Assembly (NCBI GenBank): GCA_963787755.1
Contig: CAWBEG010000017.1
Span: forward strand, 362-64,361
Direction: 5' to 3'
Length of the DNA: 64,000 nt
DNA from: Vicinamibacterales bacterium
GTDB taxonomy: Bacteria > Acidobacteriota > Vicinamibacteria > Vicinamibacterales > JAMQPK01
A model generated the notes under the pieces. It was given only the letters and a program-made list of their open reading frames with translations, was not told the DNA's origin and did no database searches. The position numbers were made by a program, and so were the translations under genes. Every line of letters begins with the position of its first letter. The stretch's first letter is position 1. Shown in pieces: positions 19,289-28,999 of this stretch.

Positions 19289-20136
19289 GTTTCCTCCTGT
19301 TCTCTCGATTTCGCCCTTCGCCCCCATACCTGTGCAACGATGTACATGGTGAATGATGTGTCGGGCTTGCGCAAATGGTCGCGGCATTCTTCAATCACGT
19401 CAGAGAACTCGTGTTCGCCCAGATACCCAAGCGCGACGACCGTGGCGCGCAGGGATTCAACGGTTGAAGGAAGGTAGTCGACCATTGGGTCCCCTGAGCG
19501 AACGCCGATGACGAACGGCCGGTACTGCACGTCTTCGAGGCCCGTTTGTCGAACGATGGCGTAGAGCCGCTTCGCCAATTGCAGATCTGCGCCCACACCG
19601 CTGAATGTGCTGAGAAGCGCTGTCTTCAGTCGATCCCACGCGGGATGCGGCGGATGACAGTTGAGACTCGAGCCGTCTGGCTCCTGCAGGGCCACGACGC
19701 CACCTGGACGCACCAGGCGGATTGCCTCCTTCAACAGGCGTTCGGGGTCGCCGGCGGTGCTCGCAACAAATCGCATGTGGACAAGGTCGAAGCTGCCGGC
19801 CGCTAAGTCCGACCCATAGGCATCGCCCTGTTGGAATTCCACATTGTTCGGCGCACCGGTGCGCGCGACCTCGAGAAACTGCCCATCCATATCGAGGCCG
19901 ACCACGCGTCCGCGGGCGCCCACTCGCGTGCTCAACAGATCGGTGATGCCCCGGGGGCCACACCCGAGGTCGAGGCACGACCAGCCCTCGGTCACGCCGA
20001 TGCGGTTCAACATCACCTCTGTATCTGGCGCCATCGCCGCGCATTGCAGGTACAGCCGCTCAATTTCACCGGGGCGGCGTTCGATCGGGTAGTGGCCTGA
20101 ATATGATCTGGACAGATCATTCCCACGTTCGTTCAT
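19273..20136 (-). CDS. Class I SAM-dependent methyltransferase
   Basis: ATG 20136: MNERGNDLSRSY..WSCLDLGCGPRGITDLL..GRVVGLDMD..VEFQQGDA..FDLVHMRFV..LVRPGGVVALQEP. Confidence 0.8.
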   Translation of the reverse strand: MNERGNDLSRSYSGHYPIERRPGEIERLYLQCAAMAPDTEVMLNRIGVTEGWSCLDLGCGPRGITDLLSTRVGARGRVVGLDMDGQFLEVARTGAPNNVEFQQGDAYGSDLAAGSFDLVHMRFVASTAGDPERLLKEAIRLVRPGGVVALQEPDGSSLNCHPPHPAWDRLKTALLSTFSGVGADLQLAKRLYAIVRQTGLEDVQYRPFVIGVRSGDPMVDYLPSTVESLRATVVALGYLGEHEFSDVIEECRDHLRKPDTSFTMYIVAQVWGRRAKSREQEETCSMG

Positions 20137-21229
20137 TGGTGCGCCGGCTCTCCATCGCGTAATTGATGAGCGCGGCCGTTCGATAGATGCCGTGCACGAA
20201 CTTTCCGTAAGGCAGCGTAACAAAGAGCGCGAGCACCGCGCCGAGGTGCACCACGAGGACGCGCTCATGACCGCCCGCTCGCGAAACGCCAGCAGCAGAA
20301 ATCCGGTCAGGCTGGTGACGAACAAGAGCGCGATGAACGACTTCGTCCAGGCCGCGCTGATCGGGATCGCCGAGCGCCGGGTCTCTTCGTCCTCGCAACA
20401 TCAAGAGCCCGGCCGGCCCGATGAGCAGTCCCGCGCCACCCGCCATCCCCAGAAGAACGGGAAGGCTACCGTAGGGATACGGCGCCAGCCATCCGAATAC
20501 GAGGTGATAAAGGGCCGCCACCGACGTCGACGCAAAACACAGCAGGAATCCGTAGAACGTGCAGTGGTGGAACCAGCGTCGGAACGGCGCCCGCTGCTCT
20601 TCCGCCGAGGTGCAATCGACACCGCCGCCCTGCAAGTGCCGAAGCGTCAGCACATCACGCAGCGCGCGGGCGAGATCGGCAGCGGTCGGACTGTGTGCCT
20701 CGCCGCCCCGCACATCGCGCCAGAACCGGGCAACACCGATCCAGAGAGCAACGACACTAAACACGCCCACGCCTCCGAAGAGCGCGACCATGACGTCGTG
20801 AGGAAGGACACCGTAGAAATCGCCGGGGCCAACTGGCCGGGGGAACACACCTTCGTTGACGATCAGAACGGCGGCGACCATCACAGCGATCAGTCCCGCG
20901 GCAAGAACGAGGCCGGTCAGCAGGTTGTGATGCCTGAAGGCGCTCGACAGGAAAGACGGCCAGCAATAGGCCTCGTACGAATGCGCGCGAATCTCCGCCA
21001 TCGTCCTCGGCACGTTGATGCCGAACTCGTGCGGCGGCGCGTACTGGCAGGCGTAGAGACACTCGCCGCAGTTGTGGCACAGGTTGGCGAGATACGCGAG
21101 ATCCGCTTCCGCAAACGTCAGGCGGTTCTCCATCGCCGGAAATACGGGACAGAACTGCTCGCAGTACCGGCACGCATTGCAGACGGTCATCACGTGCTCG
21201 CCGTGTGCGATTGGGTCAGCGTGCGGCAT
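20117..21229 (-). pseudogene. tcuB: Tricarballylate utilization 4Fe-4S membrane protein TcuB, two frame changes (about 20340 and 20260)
   Basis: VCNACRYCEQFCPVFPAMENR..LANLCHNCGECLYACQYAPPHEFGINVP.. followed by TM helices. The segment FVTSLTGFLLLAFRERAVM is in the frame of ORF 19273..20325. The end ..LVVHLGAVLALFVTLPYGKFVHGIYRTAALINYA is back in the main frame. Confidence 0.8.
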
Positions 21230-22623
21230 GCCGCGCAGCCTCCTCGCCGGCGATGCGGCCGAATACGGTGCCGATGGTCATGCCGACGCCGGCGATGTAC
21301 CCCTTCCGAAGGATGTTCCCCGCCATGATTTCTCCCGCCGCGTAGATGTTGCGCGCGGGTTCTCCTCCGGTCATCAGCACCTGCGCGCGCTCGTTCACCT
21401 TCAAACCAAGATAGGTAAACGTGATTCCGGGGCGGAGCGGGTATCCCCAGTACGGAGGCGTGTCGATGCGCTGCGCCCAATGCGTCTTCTCGGGGTTCAC
21501 GCCGACGGTCCGGCAGTCGTCGAGGACGGCGTGGTTGAACGATCCGGGGCGCACCGCGCGATTGAAGGCGTCAACGGTCGCCTCCAGCTTCTCGGGCGGC
21601 AGATTCAGCTGCGTCGCAAGCTCTCTGATGGAGCTCGCCGCTTTCGGCGGAAACACCGACGGCATGAATTGGCCGGCCGCCTTGGCATCAACGATCGAAA
21701 ACGCAATCTGGTCGGGCTGTCGGGCCACGAGCATTCCCCAGATGGCGTAGCGCTTCGGCCAGAAGTCTTCCCCCTCGTCGTAGAAGCGCTCGGCATGTCG
21801 ATTGACGACGATCCCGAGCGAGAGGCAATCGAGCCGCGTCACGATGCCGCCGTCGAACTTCGGCGCACGCGCATCGACAGCGACCGCGTGACACTCGCGC
21901 GCGTCGCCGACCGACTGCGCGCCGGCGTCGAGCATCAGCCTGAGGAGCGTACCTTTGTTGTACGGCGTTCCGCGGATGATGAAGTTGGCCGCCGCGTCGC
22001 CCCAGATCTCGCGCAGCCAGTCGAGGTTGGACTCGAATCCGCCTGTCGCCATCACAGCGACCCTGGCGCGGATCGTCCGATCGCGGCCGCCGGTCCGCAC
22101 GATCGCGGCACGGAACTGCCCACCGGCGCAGCTCGAGGCCAACAACCTCGGCGTCGTACACGACCCGAATCCCGAGACGCTCCGCAGCGGCGTAGTAGCT
22201 GTTCATCAGCGCCTTGCCGCCGCCCAGAAAGAACGCGTTGGTGCGAGCCAGATGCAGCGTGCCGCGCAGGGGCGATTGAAAGCGGACACCGAAACGCCGC
22301 ATCCACTCAGGACAGCCCGCCGATCCGCGAACGACCAGACGCGCAAGCGATTCGTCGGTCTCGTCTCCGCTGGCCCGGATCAGGTCGGAGACAAATTCAT
22401 CTTCGGAGTACGAGTCGGTCAGAAGTTGCACTGGGCCCGGCGTGCATGCACCGAAGGTTGCGCGTGTGGCGACTGTTTCCCCCTCGGAAGTGGCGGGGCG
22501 CGCTCTCGACGACAATGACGCGGGCGCCAGCTTCGCGCGCGGTCAGCGCGGCGCACAGGCCCGCGTTGCCGCCGCCGAGCACTGCGACGTCGTAGATGTC
22601 CTGCCGTCGTCAACCGAAGGCAC
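21216..22623 (-). pseudogene. tcuA: FAD-dependent tricarballylate dehydrogenase TcuA, at least two to three frame changes
   Basis: DIYDVAVLGGGNAGLCAALTAREAGARVIVVESAPRHFRGGNSRHTRNLRCMH (ORF 22397..22582). LLTDSYSEDEFVSDL..FFLGGGKALMNSYYAAAERLGIRVVYDAEVVGLEL (ORF 21688..22515). ..VMATGGFESNLDWLREIWG..YLGLKVNERAQVLMTGGEPARNIYAAGEIMAGNILRKGYIAGVGMTIG (ORF 21216..22145). Confidence 0.85.
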
Positions 22624-22634
22624 GGAGCCAATTG

Positions 22635-24131
22635 CTACGCCTCGCCCCGCGGCGGCATCCACCGTGCGAGCAGGCGAGGCGCCGCAAGCACCGCGACGGC
22701 CACGCCCAGGAGAGCGGCGCTGATCGGCCGCGTGACGAAGACCGAAAGATCGCCTTCGCTGATCGCCAAGGCGCGGCGGAACTGCTGCTCCGACATCGGT
22801 CCGAGAATCAGACCGATCACCGCCGGCGCCATCGGCACGTCATTCGCGCGCATCGCACAACCAAAGATGCCGATCACGTACAACACGGCCAGATCGAGCA
22901 CCGATCGGTTGAGGCTGTACGCGCCGAGCGACGCCAGCACGAGGATGACGCCGAAGAGCAGCCGCCTGGGCACCAGCATGACGCGCGCCCAGACGCCGGC
23001 GAGCGGCAGGTTCAGCACCAGCAGCATCACGTTGCCGATGAACAGGCTGGCGATCAGCGTCCAGACAAGGTCGGGCCGCGAAGCGAACAGCAGCGGACCC
23101 GGCTGAAGGCCGTACTGCTGAAACGCCGCGAGCATGATCGCCGCCGTGGCAGACGAGGGAAGACCGAGCGTGAGCAGCGGCACCAGCACACCGGCGGCCG
23201 ACGCGTTGTTGGCGGCCTCGGGGCCGGCGACGCCTTCGATGGCGCCGTGCCCGAATCGTTCGGGCTCGCGACTCAGCCGCTTCTCGACCATGTAGGAAAG
23301 GAACGTCGGAATCACCGAGCCGCCGCACGGCAGCACGCCCAATGGGAAGCCGATGGCCGTTCCGCGCAGCCAGGGCTTCCACGATCGCTTCCAGTCGTCG
23401 CGGCTCATGCCCGTGAAGTCGTGCAGCGTGACGACCTCCATCTCGTCGCGGCCGTGACGCCAGGCCTGAAACAGGGTCTCGCCCACGGCGAACAATCCGA
23501 TGACGAAGATGACGACATCGATACCGTCGAGCAGTTGCGAGATGCCGAACGACAACCGCGCCTCGCCGGTCAGTTGGTCGATGCCGACCAATCCCAGCGC
23601 CAGGCCCAGGAAGAGGCTGAAGAGCCCTCGGGCGATGGACGAGCCGAGCAGCACCGACACAGTGGTGAACGCGACGACCGTCAGCGCGAAGTACTCGGCC
23701 GGACCGAAGCGCAGGGCGAACGATGCCAGCGGCGGTGCGAAGAACGCCAGCGCCAGCGTGGCGAGCGTGCCCGCCACGAACGATCCGATGGCCGCCGTCG
23801 TCAGCGCCGCCGCGCCGCGGCCCTGGCGCGCCATCATGTGGCCGTCGATGGCGGTGACGATCGACGCTGTCTCGCCTGGGGTATTCAGCAGGATGCTGGT
23901 GGTGGAGCCGCCATACATCGCCCCGTAGTAGATGCCGGCGAACATGATGAACGCGCTCGTGGGTTCGAGCGTGAATGTCGCCGGAAGCAGCAGCGCGACC
24001 GTCAGCGCGGGGCCGATGCCCGGGAGCACGCCGACAGCGGTGCCGAGCGTGACGCCGGCAAACGCCCAGGCGAGGTGTGGCAGCGTGAGGGCGCTGGCAA
24101 ACCCTTGGCTGAGCGCATGCAGAGTGTCCAT
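22635..24131 (-). CDS. tctA: Tripartite tricarboxylate transporter large permease TctA
   Basis: ATG 24131: [103 protein letters not shown].. 498 aa, intact. Confidence 0.9.
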   Translation of the reverse strand: MDTLHALSQGFASALTLPHLAWAFAGVTLGTAVGVLPGIGPALTVALLLPATFTLEPTSAFIMFAGIYYGAMYGGSTTSILLNTPGETASIVTAIDGHMMARQGRGAAALTTAAIGSFVAGTLATLALAFFAPPLASFALRFGPAEYFALTVVAFTTVSVLLGSSIARGLFSLFLGLALGLVGIDQLTGEARLSFGISQLLDGIDVVIFVIGLFAVGETLFQAWRHGRDEMEVVTLHDFTGMSRDDWKRSWKPWLRGTAIGFPLGVLPCGGSVIPTFLSYMVEKRLSREPERFGHGAIEGVAGPEAANNASAAGVLVPLLTLGLPSSATAAIMLAAFQQYGLQPGPLLFASRPDLVWTLIASLFIGNVMLLVLNLPLAGVWARVMLVPRRLLFGVILVLASLGAYSLNRSVLDLAVLYVIGIFGCAMRANDVPMAPAVIGLILGPMSEQQFRRALAISEGDLSVFVTRPISAALLGVAVAVLAAPRLLARWMPPRGEA

Positions 24132-24136
24132 GCCGC

Positions 24137-24530
24137 TCAGAGCCAGCGCGCGATGAATCCTGCGGGCAACGTCACGTTGAGCACGCGAACAAACAGAAGA
24201 TACGCGCCGGCCGAGAGGCCGAGCGCGAACAGCGCATCGCGTCCAGGATGTTGACGATCGAAAGCCCGTGCCGTCAGCCAGAAGAGCGCCGTTGACGCGA
24301 GCACGAATCCGGCCCGCTCCATCAGCACCAGATCGAGGGCCATCCCGGCGGCAATCAGCGCGGCGGGCCCACATCCCGGACCCGCGCTGCGCGGCAACGA
24401 TTGCGACGACGATGCCTTGCGCGCTCGAACGGTCTCCAACACTGCTGACAACGGCGAAGAACAGAAGACCGGCGAGCACCAGCAGCGAATACACGCTGGA
24501 GGTGCTCGATGTCGTTTGGTCCGGTCCCAA
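24137..24530 (-). pseudogene. tctB: Tripartite tricarboxylate transporter small subunit TctB, frame change near 24450
   Basis: The first TM helix [21 protein letters not shown] reads in the tctC frame. The rest, [67 protein letters not shown], is ORF 24137..24451. Confidence 0.7.
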
Positions 24531-25481
24531 TCCGAGCTTGGTCAGGATCGCGCGCACGCGCTGGTCTTCGGCTTGAGCGAATCGGGTGAACTCGTCGCCG
24601 GTCAGATAGCGATCGATCCAGCGATAGCGCTGGAGAGCCTCGCGCCATTCGGCCGACCGCACCATGGCATCGACGGCCTTCTCGAGACGTTCTCTGTCGA
24701 CTGGGCTGATGCCGGGAGGCGCAACGAGCGATCGCCAGTTCTCGAACTCGACGTCAACACCCTGCTCACGGAGCGTCGGAGCCGCCACGCCGGGCAACCG
24801 CTCGGCGCTCGAGATGCCGAGCACGCGCACGGTGCCCGCCTCGATCTGCGGGGCGAACTCTGCCAGGCCGTTGATGCCCGCCGACACCTGTCCGCCGAGA
24901 ATGGCAGACATCGATTCTCCCCCGCCGGAGAATGCGATGTAGTTGACGCGCCGCGGAGACACGCCCACCGCGTCCGCCACGAGGCCCGCGAGCATCTGAT
25001 CGCTCCCGCCCGCCGATCCTCCGCCCCACGAGATCGACTCTGGCCTTTCCCGGAACGCGCGGACCAGATCGTCCAGCGATCGAAACGGCGACGCAGCAGG
25101 AACCACGATCGCTTCGTATTCGCCCGTCAGCCGGGCGATGGGCGTCACCTCGCGGAGCGTGACCGGCGATGCGTGCGTGACGATGGCGCCGAGCATGATC
25201 AGACCCGAGACCATGACGACGTCGCCGTTCCCACGCTCGGCACCGATGAACCGCGCGAGGCCGATCGTGCCCGCCGCGCCAGGAATGTTTTCAACCGATG
25301 AGGTGTGAACGATCCCCGCGCGCTGCAGCACCTGCTGCATGACGCGGGCGGTCTGATCCCAGCCACCGCCCGGAGCGGCGGGCGCGATGATCCGGAGGTG
25401 CTGGTACGCGGGCTGCGCAGCGACGGGCGCCGCCACAGTGCTGACGATCAGCGCGACGCTCGAGATCTGCGCAAGTCTCAC
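24531..25481 (-). CDS. tctC: Tripartite tricarboxylate transporter substrate-binding protein TctC (Bug family); no stop codon as sequenced
   Basis: [119 protein letters not shown]. Part of the 948-aa readthrough ORF 22635..25481. Confidence 0.85.
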
Positions 25482-26476
25482 ATCTTGGCGGCGCGCAGCT
25501 TGGTCGCCATCGTGCAGTTCTGAACCACCGTGAAGTAGCGGGCGACGCCATCCTGACCGACGTCAAAAGGATTGGACTCACCCGGCTTCCGAAAGGCGGC
25601 GGTGTGGGCCTTGTAGTACCCGTTATCAAACTCGGTGTGATTCGACAGCAGGACAGTGGCGCCGTAGCTGGCGGCAGCTTTTGCAAACTTCGCCGAAGAC
25701 GCGAGGTACTGGTCGTAATATGCGGCCGTTCCATTGAACGGGATGGCTGTCCCTCCCACGTACGCCACGCGGAGCGGCTTGCCGTTGTCCTTGACTTCGA
25801 ACAGATAGGAAAGTGTCCCGGCGGTGTGGCCAGGCATCGTGACGATCTGGATCGACGCATCGCCGACTGACAGCTTCTGGCCATCCGTCCCGACCATGTC
25901 GCGCTTCGGCTTGCCGCCGGGACGGTTTGTCGACTTCTCAACGGCGTCCCAATCCTCGGCACCATACACGAGGCGCACGCCCGGAATCGAGTCCTGCAGG
26001 AACGCCGCGCCGCCGTCATGATCGCCGTGCGCGTGCGACATGACCGCGTACTTGACTTTGTTCATGTCGAGGCCGAGCTTTCTCAACCCCCCGGCAACCT
26101 CATCCGCCACCATGTAGTCATAGAGCGCCTCGATGAGGATGATCCCCTCGCTGCCGACGATCGCCCATGAGTGGTGGGCTTTCTCACCGAGGAAGTAGAG
26201 GTTGTCGGCGACCTTGGCGGGCTCGACGTGCCACGTCTCCTTTGGCGGCGGAGACGTTCGGCCGGCATTGCCTCCGCCACCGCCGCGCCCGCCTGCCGGC
26301 GCAGGAGGAGGAGGAATGCAGAGGCGCATAAACGTGCCTGCCCAGTCCGTACCTGCGGCAACCTTGGCGGCGGACACCAAGCCGTCCACAGTTGGTGGGG
26401 CCGTTTGCGCCGACGCGATGACCATACCGGCCCCTACGGCCAGCGCTGTACCTATGACGATTGCATGCAATCTCAC
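25478..26476 (-). CDS. MBL-fold metallo-hydrolase (subclass B3 beta-lactamase-like), secreted
   Basis: Signal peptide [24 protein letters not shown]. ..[60 protein letters not shown] overlap with the tctC start. Confidence 0.8.
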   Translation of the reverse strand: MRLHAIVIGTALAVGAGMVIASAQTAPPTVDGLVSAAKVAAGTDWAGTFMRLCIPPPPAPAGGRGGGGGNAGRTSPPPKETWHVEPAKVADNLYFLGEKAHHSWAIVGSEGIILIEALYDYMVADEVAGGLRKLGLDMNKVKYAVMSHAHGDHDGGAAFLQDSIPGVRLVYGAEDWDAVEKSTNRPGGKPKRDMVGTDGQKLSVGDASIQIVTMPGHTAGTLSYLFEVKDNGKPLRVAYVGGTAIPFNGTAAYYDQYLASSAKFAKAAASYGATVLLSNHTEFDNGYYKAHTAAFRKPGESNPFDVGQDGVARYFTVVQNCTMATKLRAAKM

Positions 26477-26539
26477 GTGATGTCTCCTGGGCGCTCATTG
26501 TCCCACTTTTGTTGACTCCGGAACCATCCTCACTTACTG

Positions 26540-26567
26540 TCTTTCGAACCAGCTGACATTCGAAAGA
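26540..26567. promoter_or_regulatory. Perfect 9-bp inverted repeat TCTTTCGAA-N10-TTCGAAAGA just upstream of the TPP-enzyme RBS and start
   Basis: Read directly from the sequence: 26540..26548 and 26559..26567 are exact reverse complements. AT-rich in a GC-rich divergent intergenic region (26477..26580). The RBS-like GAGGTGG follows at 26570..26576 and the GTG start at 26581. Confidence 0.5.
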
Positions 26568-26580
26568 TAGAGGTGGCGCC

Positions 26581-28536
26581 GTGGGGCGATCGAAGCAACC
26601 CAGACCGACATCCATCGAGCGGCGGAGGTTTCTCCAAGGCGGCGCGATAGTGGGCGCCGCCACGTTCATGGCTACCGCTGATGTCGTCGGCGCTCAGCAA
26701 GCGAACCCGCCGGAGACCGCGCGTCCACCGGCCACGCCCGTCATGACGGCGGCGGCCGAAGCGACGCCCCCGGTGGAAGACGACGTGCTCACGACAGACA
26801 GTGCCGGATCCGACTTCATGGTGGACGTCATCAAGTCGCTCGGATTCGAATACATCTGCGCCAATCCCGGTTCGAGCTTTCGCGGTCTGCACGAATCGGT
26901 CATCAACTACGGCGGTAATCAGAAGCCCGAGCTCATCACCTGCTGCCACGAAGAGTCGTCTGTGGCCATGGGCCACGGCTACTTCAAGGTCGAAGGCAAG
27001 CCGTTGGCCGTCATGGCGCACGGCACGGTCGGCCTGCAGCACGCGGCGATGGCGATCTACAACGCGTGGTGCGATCGCGTGCCGGTGTACATCATCCTCG
27101 GCAACTACGGCGATGCGGCAACGCGCCGTGGAGCCGAGTGGTACCACGGCGCGCAAGACGTGGCCGCCATGGTTCGCGACTATACGAAATGGGACGACAC
27201 GCCGTGGTCGCTCGGCCACTTCGCCGAGTCGGCGGTGCGCGCGTACCGCATCGGCATGACGCCGCCGATGGCGCCGGTGGTGATCGTCGCCGACGGCCCG
27301 CTTCAAGAGGATGGCATCAAGGACCACAGCACGCTCTCGATTCCGAAGCTCACGATGCCGACACCGCCCCAGGGAGACGCCGCCGCCGTTGCGGAGCTGG
27401 CGCGGCTGCTGGTCGCCGCTGAAAATCCTGTGCTGGTCGCCGATCGGCTCGCGCGGACGCCGGCCGCGATGCCGCTGCTCGTGGAGCTGGCGGAGACGCT
27501 GCAAGCTGCCGTCATCGACAAGGGCGGACGGATGAATTTCCCCACGCTCCATCCTCTCAATCAGTCGGAGCGGGCGAACGCCGTCATCGCCACTGCGGAC
27601 GTCGTCGTCGGCCTCGAGGTGACAGACTTCTGGGGCACCGTCAACGCGATGCGGGACCAGCAGCATCGCACGCAACGATCGCTGACGAAGCCGGGCGCCA
27701 AGTTGATCACCATCACGACCGGCGAGCTCTACGTCCGGGCAAACTACCAGGACTTCCGTCGTATGGCGGACGTGGATCTTGCGATCGCCGGCGATGGCGA
27801 AGCGACGCTCCCGGTGCTTATCGAAGCGGTCAAGCGGCTCGTCACCGGCGACCGCCGGCGCATCTTCGACGAGCGAGGCGCGAGGCTGGCTGAGGCCAGA
27901 CGCGCCACGCTCGAACGCGCGCGGCTCGCGGCCTCGTACGCATGGGACGCGAGCCCCGTGAGCACCGCTCGTCTGTGTGCGGAACTCTGGGCGCAGATCA
28001 AGCACGAGGACTGGTCGCTGGTGTCGAGCTACTACAGCGATGGCGGCGGCTGGCCCAGGCGGCTCTGGGATTTCAACAAGCCCTATCACTGGCTGGGCGA
28101 TGCCGGCGGGGGCGGAATCGGCTATGGCGCGCCCGCCTCGGTCGGCGCCGCGCTCGCCAACAAACGGCACGGGCGATTGTCTGTGGCCATTCAGACGGAT
28201 GGCGATCTCATGTACGCACCCGGTGTGCTGTGGACCGCTGCGCACCACAAGATTCCGCTGCTCAGCATCATGAACAACAACCGCGCGTACCACATGGAAG
28301 TGATGCACGTGCAGCGCATGTGCAACCGGCGCAGCCGGGGCGTCGATCGCGGCCAGATCGGCAGCATGCTCTCCGATCCCAACATCGACTTCTCGAAGCT
28401 CGCGCAGGGACTGGGCGTGCACGCAGAGGGGCCCATCGCGAATCCGAAAGACGTCGGACCTGCGATTGCGCGAGCCCTGGCGGTTGTAAAGCGTGGTGAG
28501 CCGGCGCTGGTGGATGTCGTCACTCAGGCGCGTTGA
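26581..28536 (+). CDS. Thiamine pyrophosphate-dependent enzyme (acetolactate synthase/pyruvate oxidase superfamily) with twin-arginine signal peptide
   Basis: MGRSKQPRPTSIERRRFLQGGAIVGAATFMATADVVGAQQ. N-terminal TPP domain: GSDFMVDVIKSLGFEYICANPGSSFRGLHES..CCHEESSVAMGHGYF. C-terminal TPP motif: GGIGYGAPASVGAAL..AIQTDGDLMY..LSIMNNNRAY. Intact 651 aa. Confidence 0.85.
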   Translation: MGRSKQPRPTSIERRRFLQGGAIVGAATFMATADVVGAQQANPPETARPPATPVMTAAAEATPPVEDDVLTTDSAGSDFMVDVIKSLGFEYICANPGSSFRGLHESVINYGGNQKPELITCCHEESSVAMGHGYFKVEGKPLAVMAHGTVGLQHAAMAIYNAWCDRVPVYIILGNYGDAATRRGAEWYHGAQDVAAMVRDYTKWDDTPWSLGHFAESAVRAYRIGMTPPMAPVVIVADGPLQEDGIKDHSTLSIPKLTMPTPPQGDAAAVAELARLLVAAENPVLVADRLARTPAAMPLLVELAETLQAAVIDKGGRMNFPTLHPLNQSERANAVIATADVVVGLEVTDFWGTVNAMRDQQHRTQRSLTKPGAKLITITTGELYVRANYQDFRRMADVDLAIAGDGEATLPVLIEAVKRLVTGDRRRIFDERGARLAEARRATLERARLAASYAWDASPVSTARLCAELWAQIKHEDWSLVSSYYSDGGGWPRRLWDFNKPYHWLGDAGGGGIGYGAPASVGAALANKRHGRLSVAIQTDGDLMYAPGVLWTAAHHKIPLLSIMNNNRAYHMEVMHVQRMCNRRSRGVDRGQIGSMLSDPNIDFSKLAQGLGVHAEGPIANPKDVGPAIARALAVVKRGEPALVDVVTQAR

Positions 28537-28543
28537 AAGGTCA

Positions 28544-28966
28544 ATGATGACGCTCGGACAATGCGCGGCGATCTTCGGCGTTGCAATCGCGGCGATGTCT
28601 GTCGATCCCGCCACCGCACAAACGAAGCAGCCGCCTTCTGCGGCCCGCCTTCGCGGAGCTTCGGCGCGGCAGGCACCGATTGCGGCACCGGCGGGAAGCG
28701 CCGCCAACGGCAAGATCTTGTACGGGAAGATCGGCTGCTATCAGTGCCATAGCGAACAAGGGCAGGGGGGCACGCAAGGGCCGCGGCTGGGGCCGCGGCC
28801 GATTGCGTTCCAGGCGTTCCTGAGATACGTGCGCAGCCCGAGAGGCGAGATGCCGCCGTACAAAGCGAAGGTGATGTCCGATCGCGATGTCGCCGACGTG
28901 TATGCGTTCCTGCAGTCGTTGCCACCGCCCCCGCCGCTCAGCACGCTGCCTCTGCTGCAGCCGTAG
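28544..28966 (+). CDS. Monohaem c-type cytochrome, secreted
   Basis: ATG 28544, 8 nt after the TPP-enzyme stop. Signal-like MMTLGQCAAIFGVAIAAMSVDPATAQ. Haem motif GCYQCH, with a distal ..GEMPPY.. methionine region. Confidence 0.8.
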   Translation: MMTLGQCAAIFGVAIAAMSVDPATAQTKQPPSAARLRGASARQAPIAAPAGSAANGKILYGKIGCYQCHSEQGQGGTQGPRLGPRPIAFQAFLRYVRSPRGEMPPYKAKVMSDRDVADVYAFLQSLPPPPPLSTLPLLQP

Positions 28967-28999
28967 GCGAGACGGCTCATCCTGGTGACGCCGTACCGA

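Noticed and set aside
22596-24254. 552-aa plus-strand ORF opposite tctA
   Set aside because: Its composition is extremely rich in Arg/Asp/Glu/Gln/His, and it lies antisense to an intact 498-aa TctA permease. It is a GC-driven open frame, not a gene.
22635-25481. 948-aa ORF as a single TctC-TctB-TctA fusion protein
   Set aside because: Its middle segment (about 24140..24440) reads Arg-rich nonsense in this frame, while the real TctB sequence is in another frame. TctA has its own ATG at 24131, just after the TctB stop. The long ORF exists only because no stop codon occurs in that frame.
26530-28713. 727-aa minus-strand ORF covering the whole TPP-enzyme gene
   Set aside because: It is antisense to a gene with clear family motifs. 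Its translation is Arg/Ala/Gly/His-rich low-complexity sequence with no recognisable domain, which is typical of a shadow ORF in GC-rich DNA.
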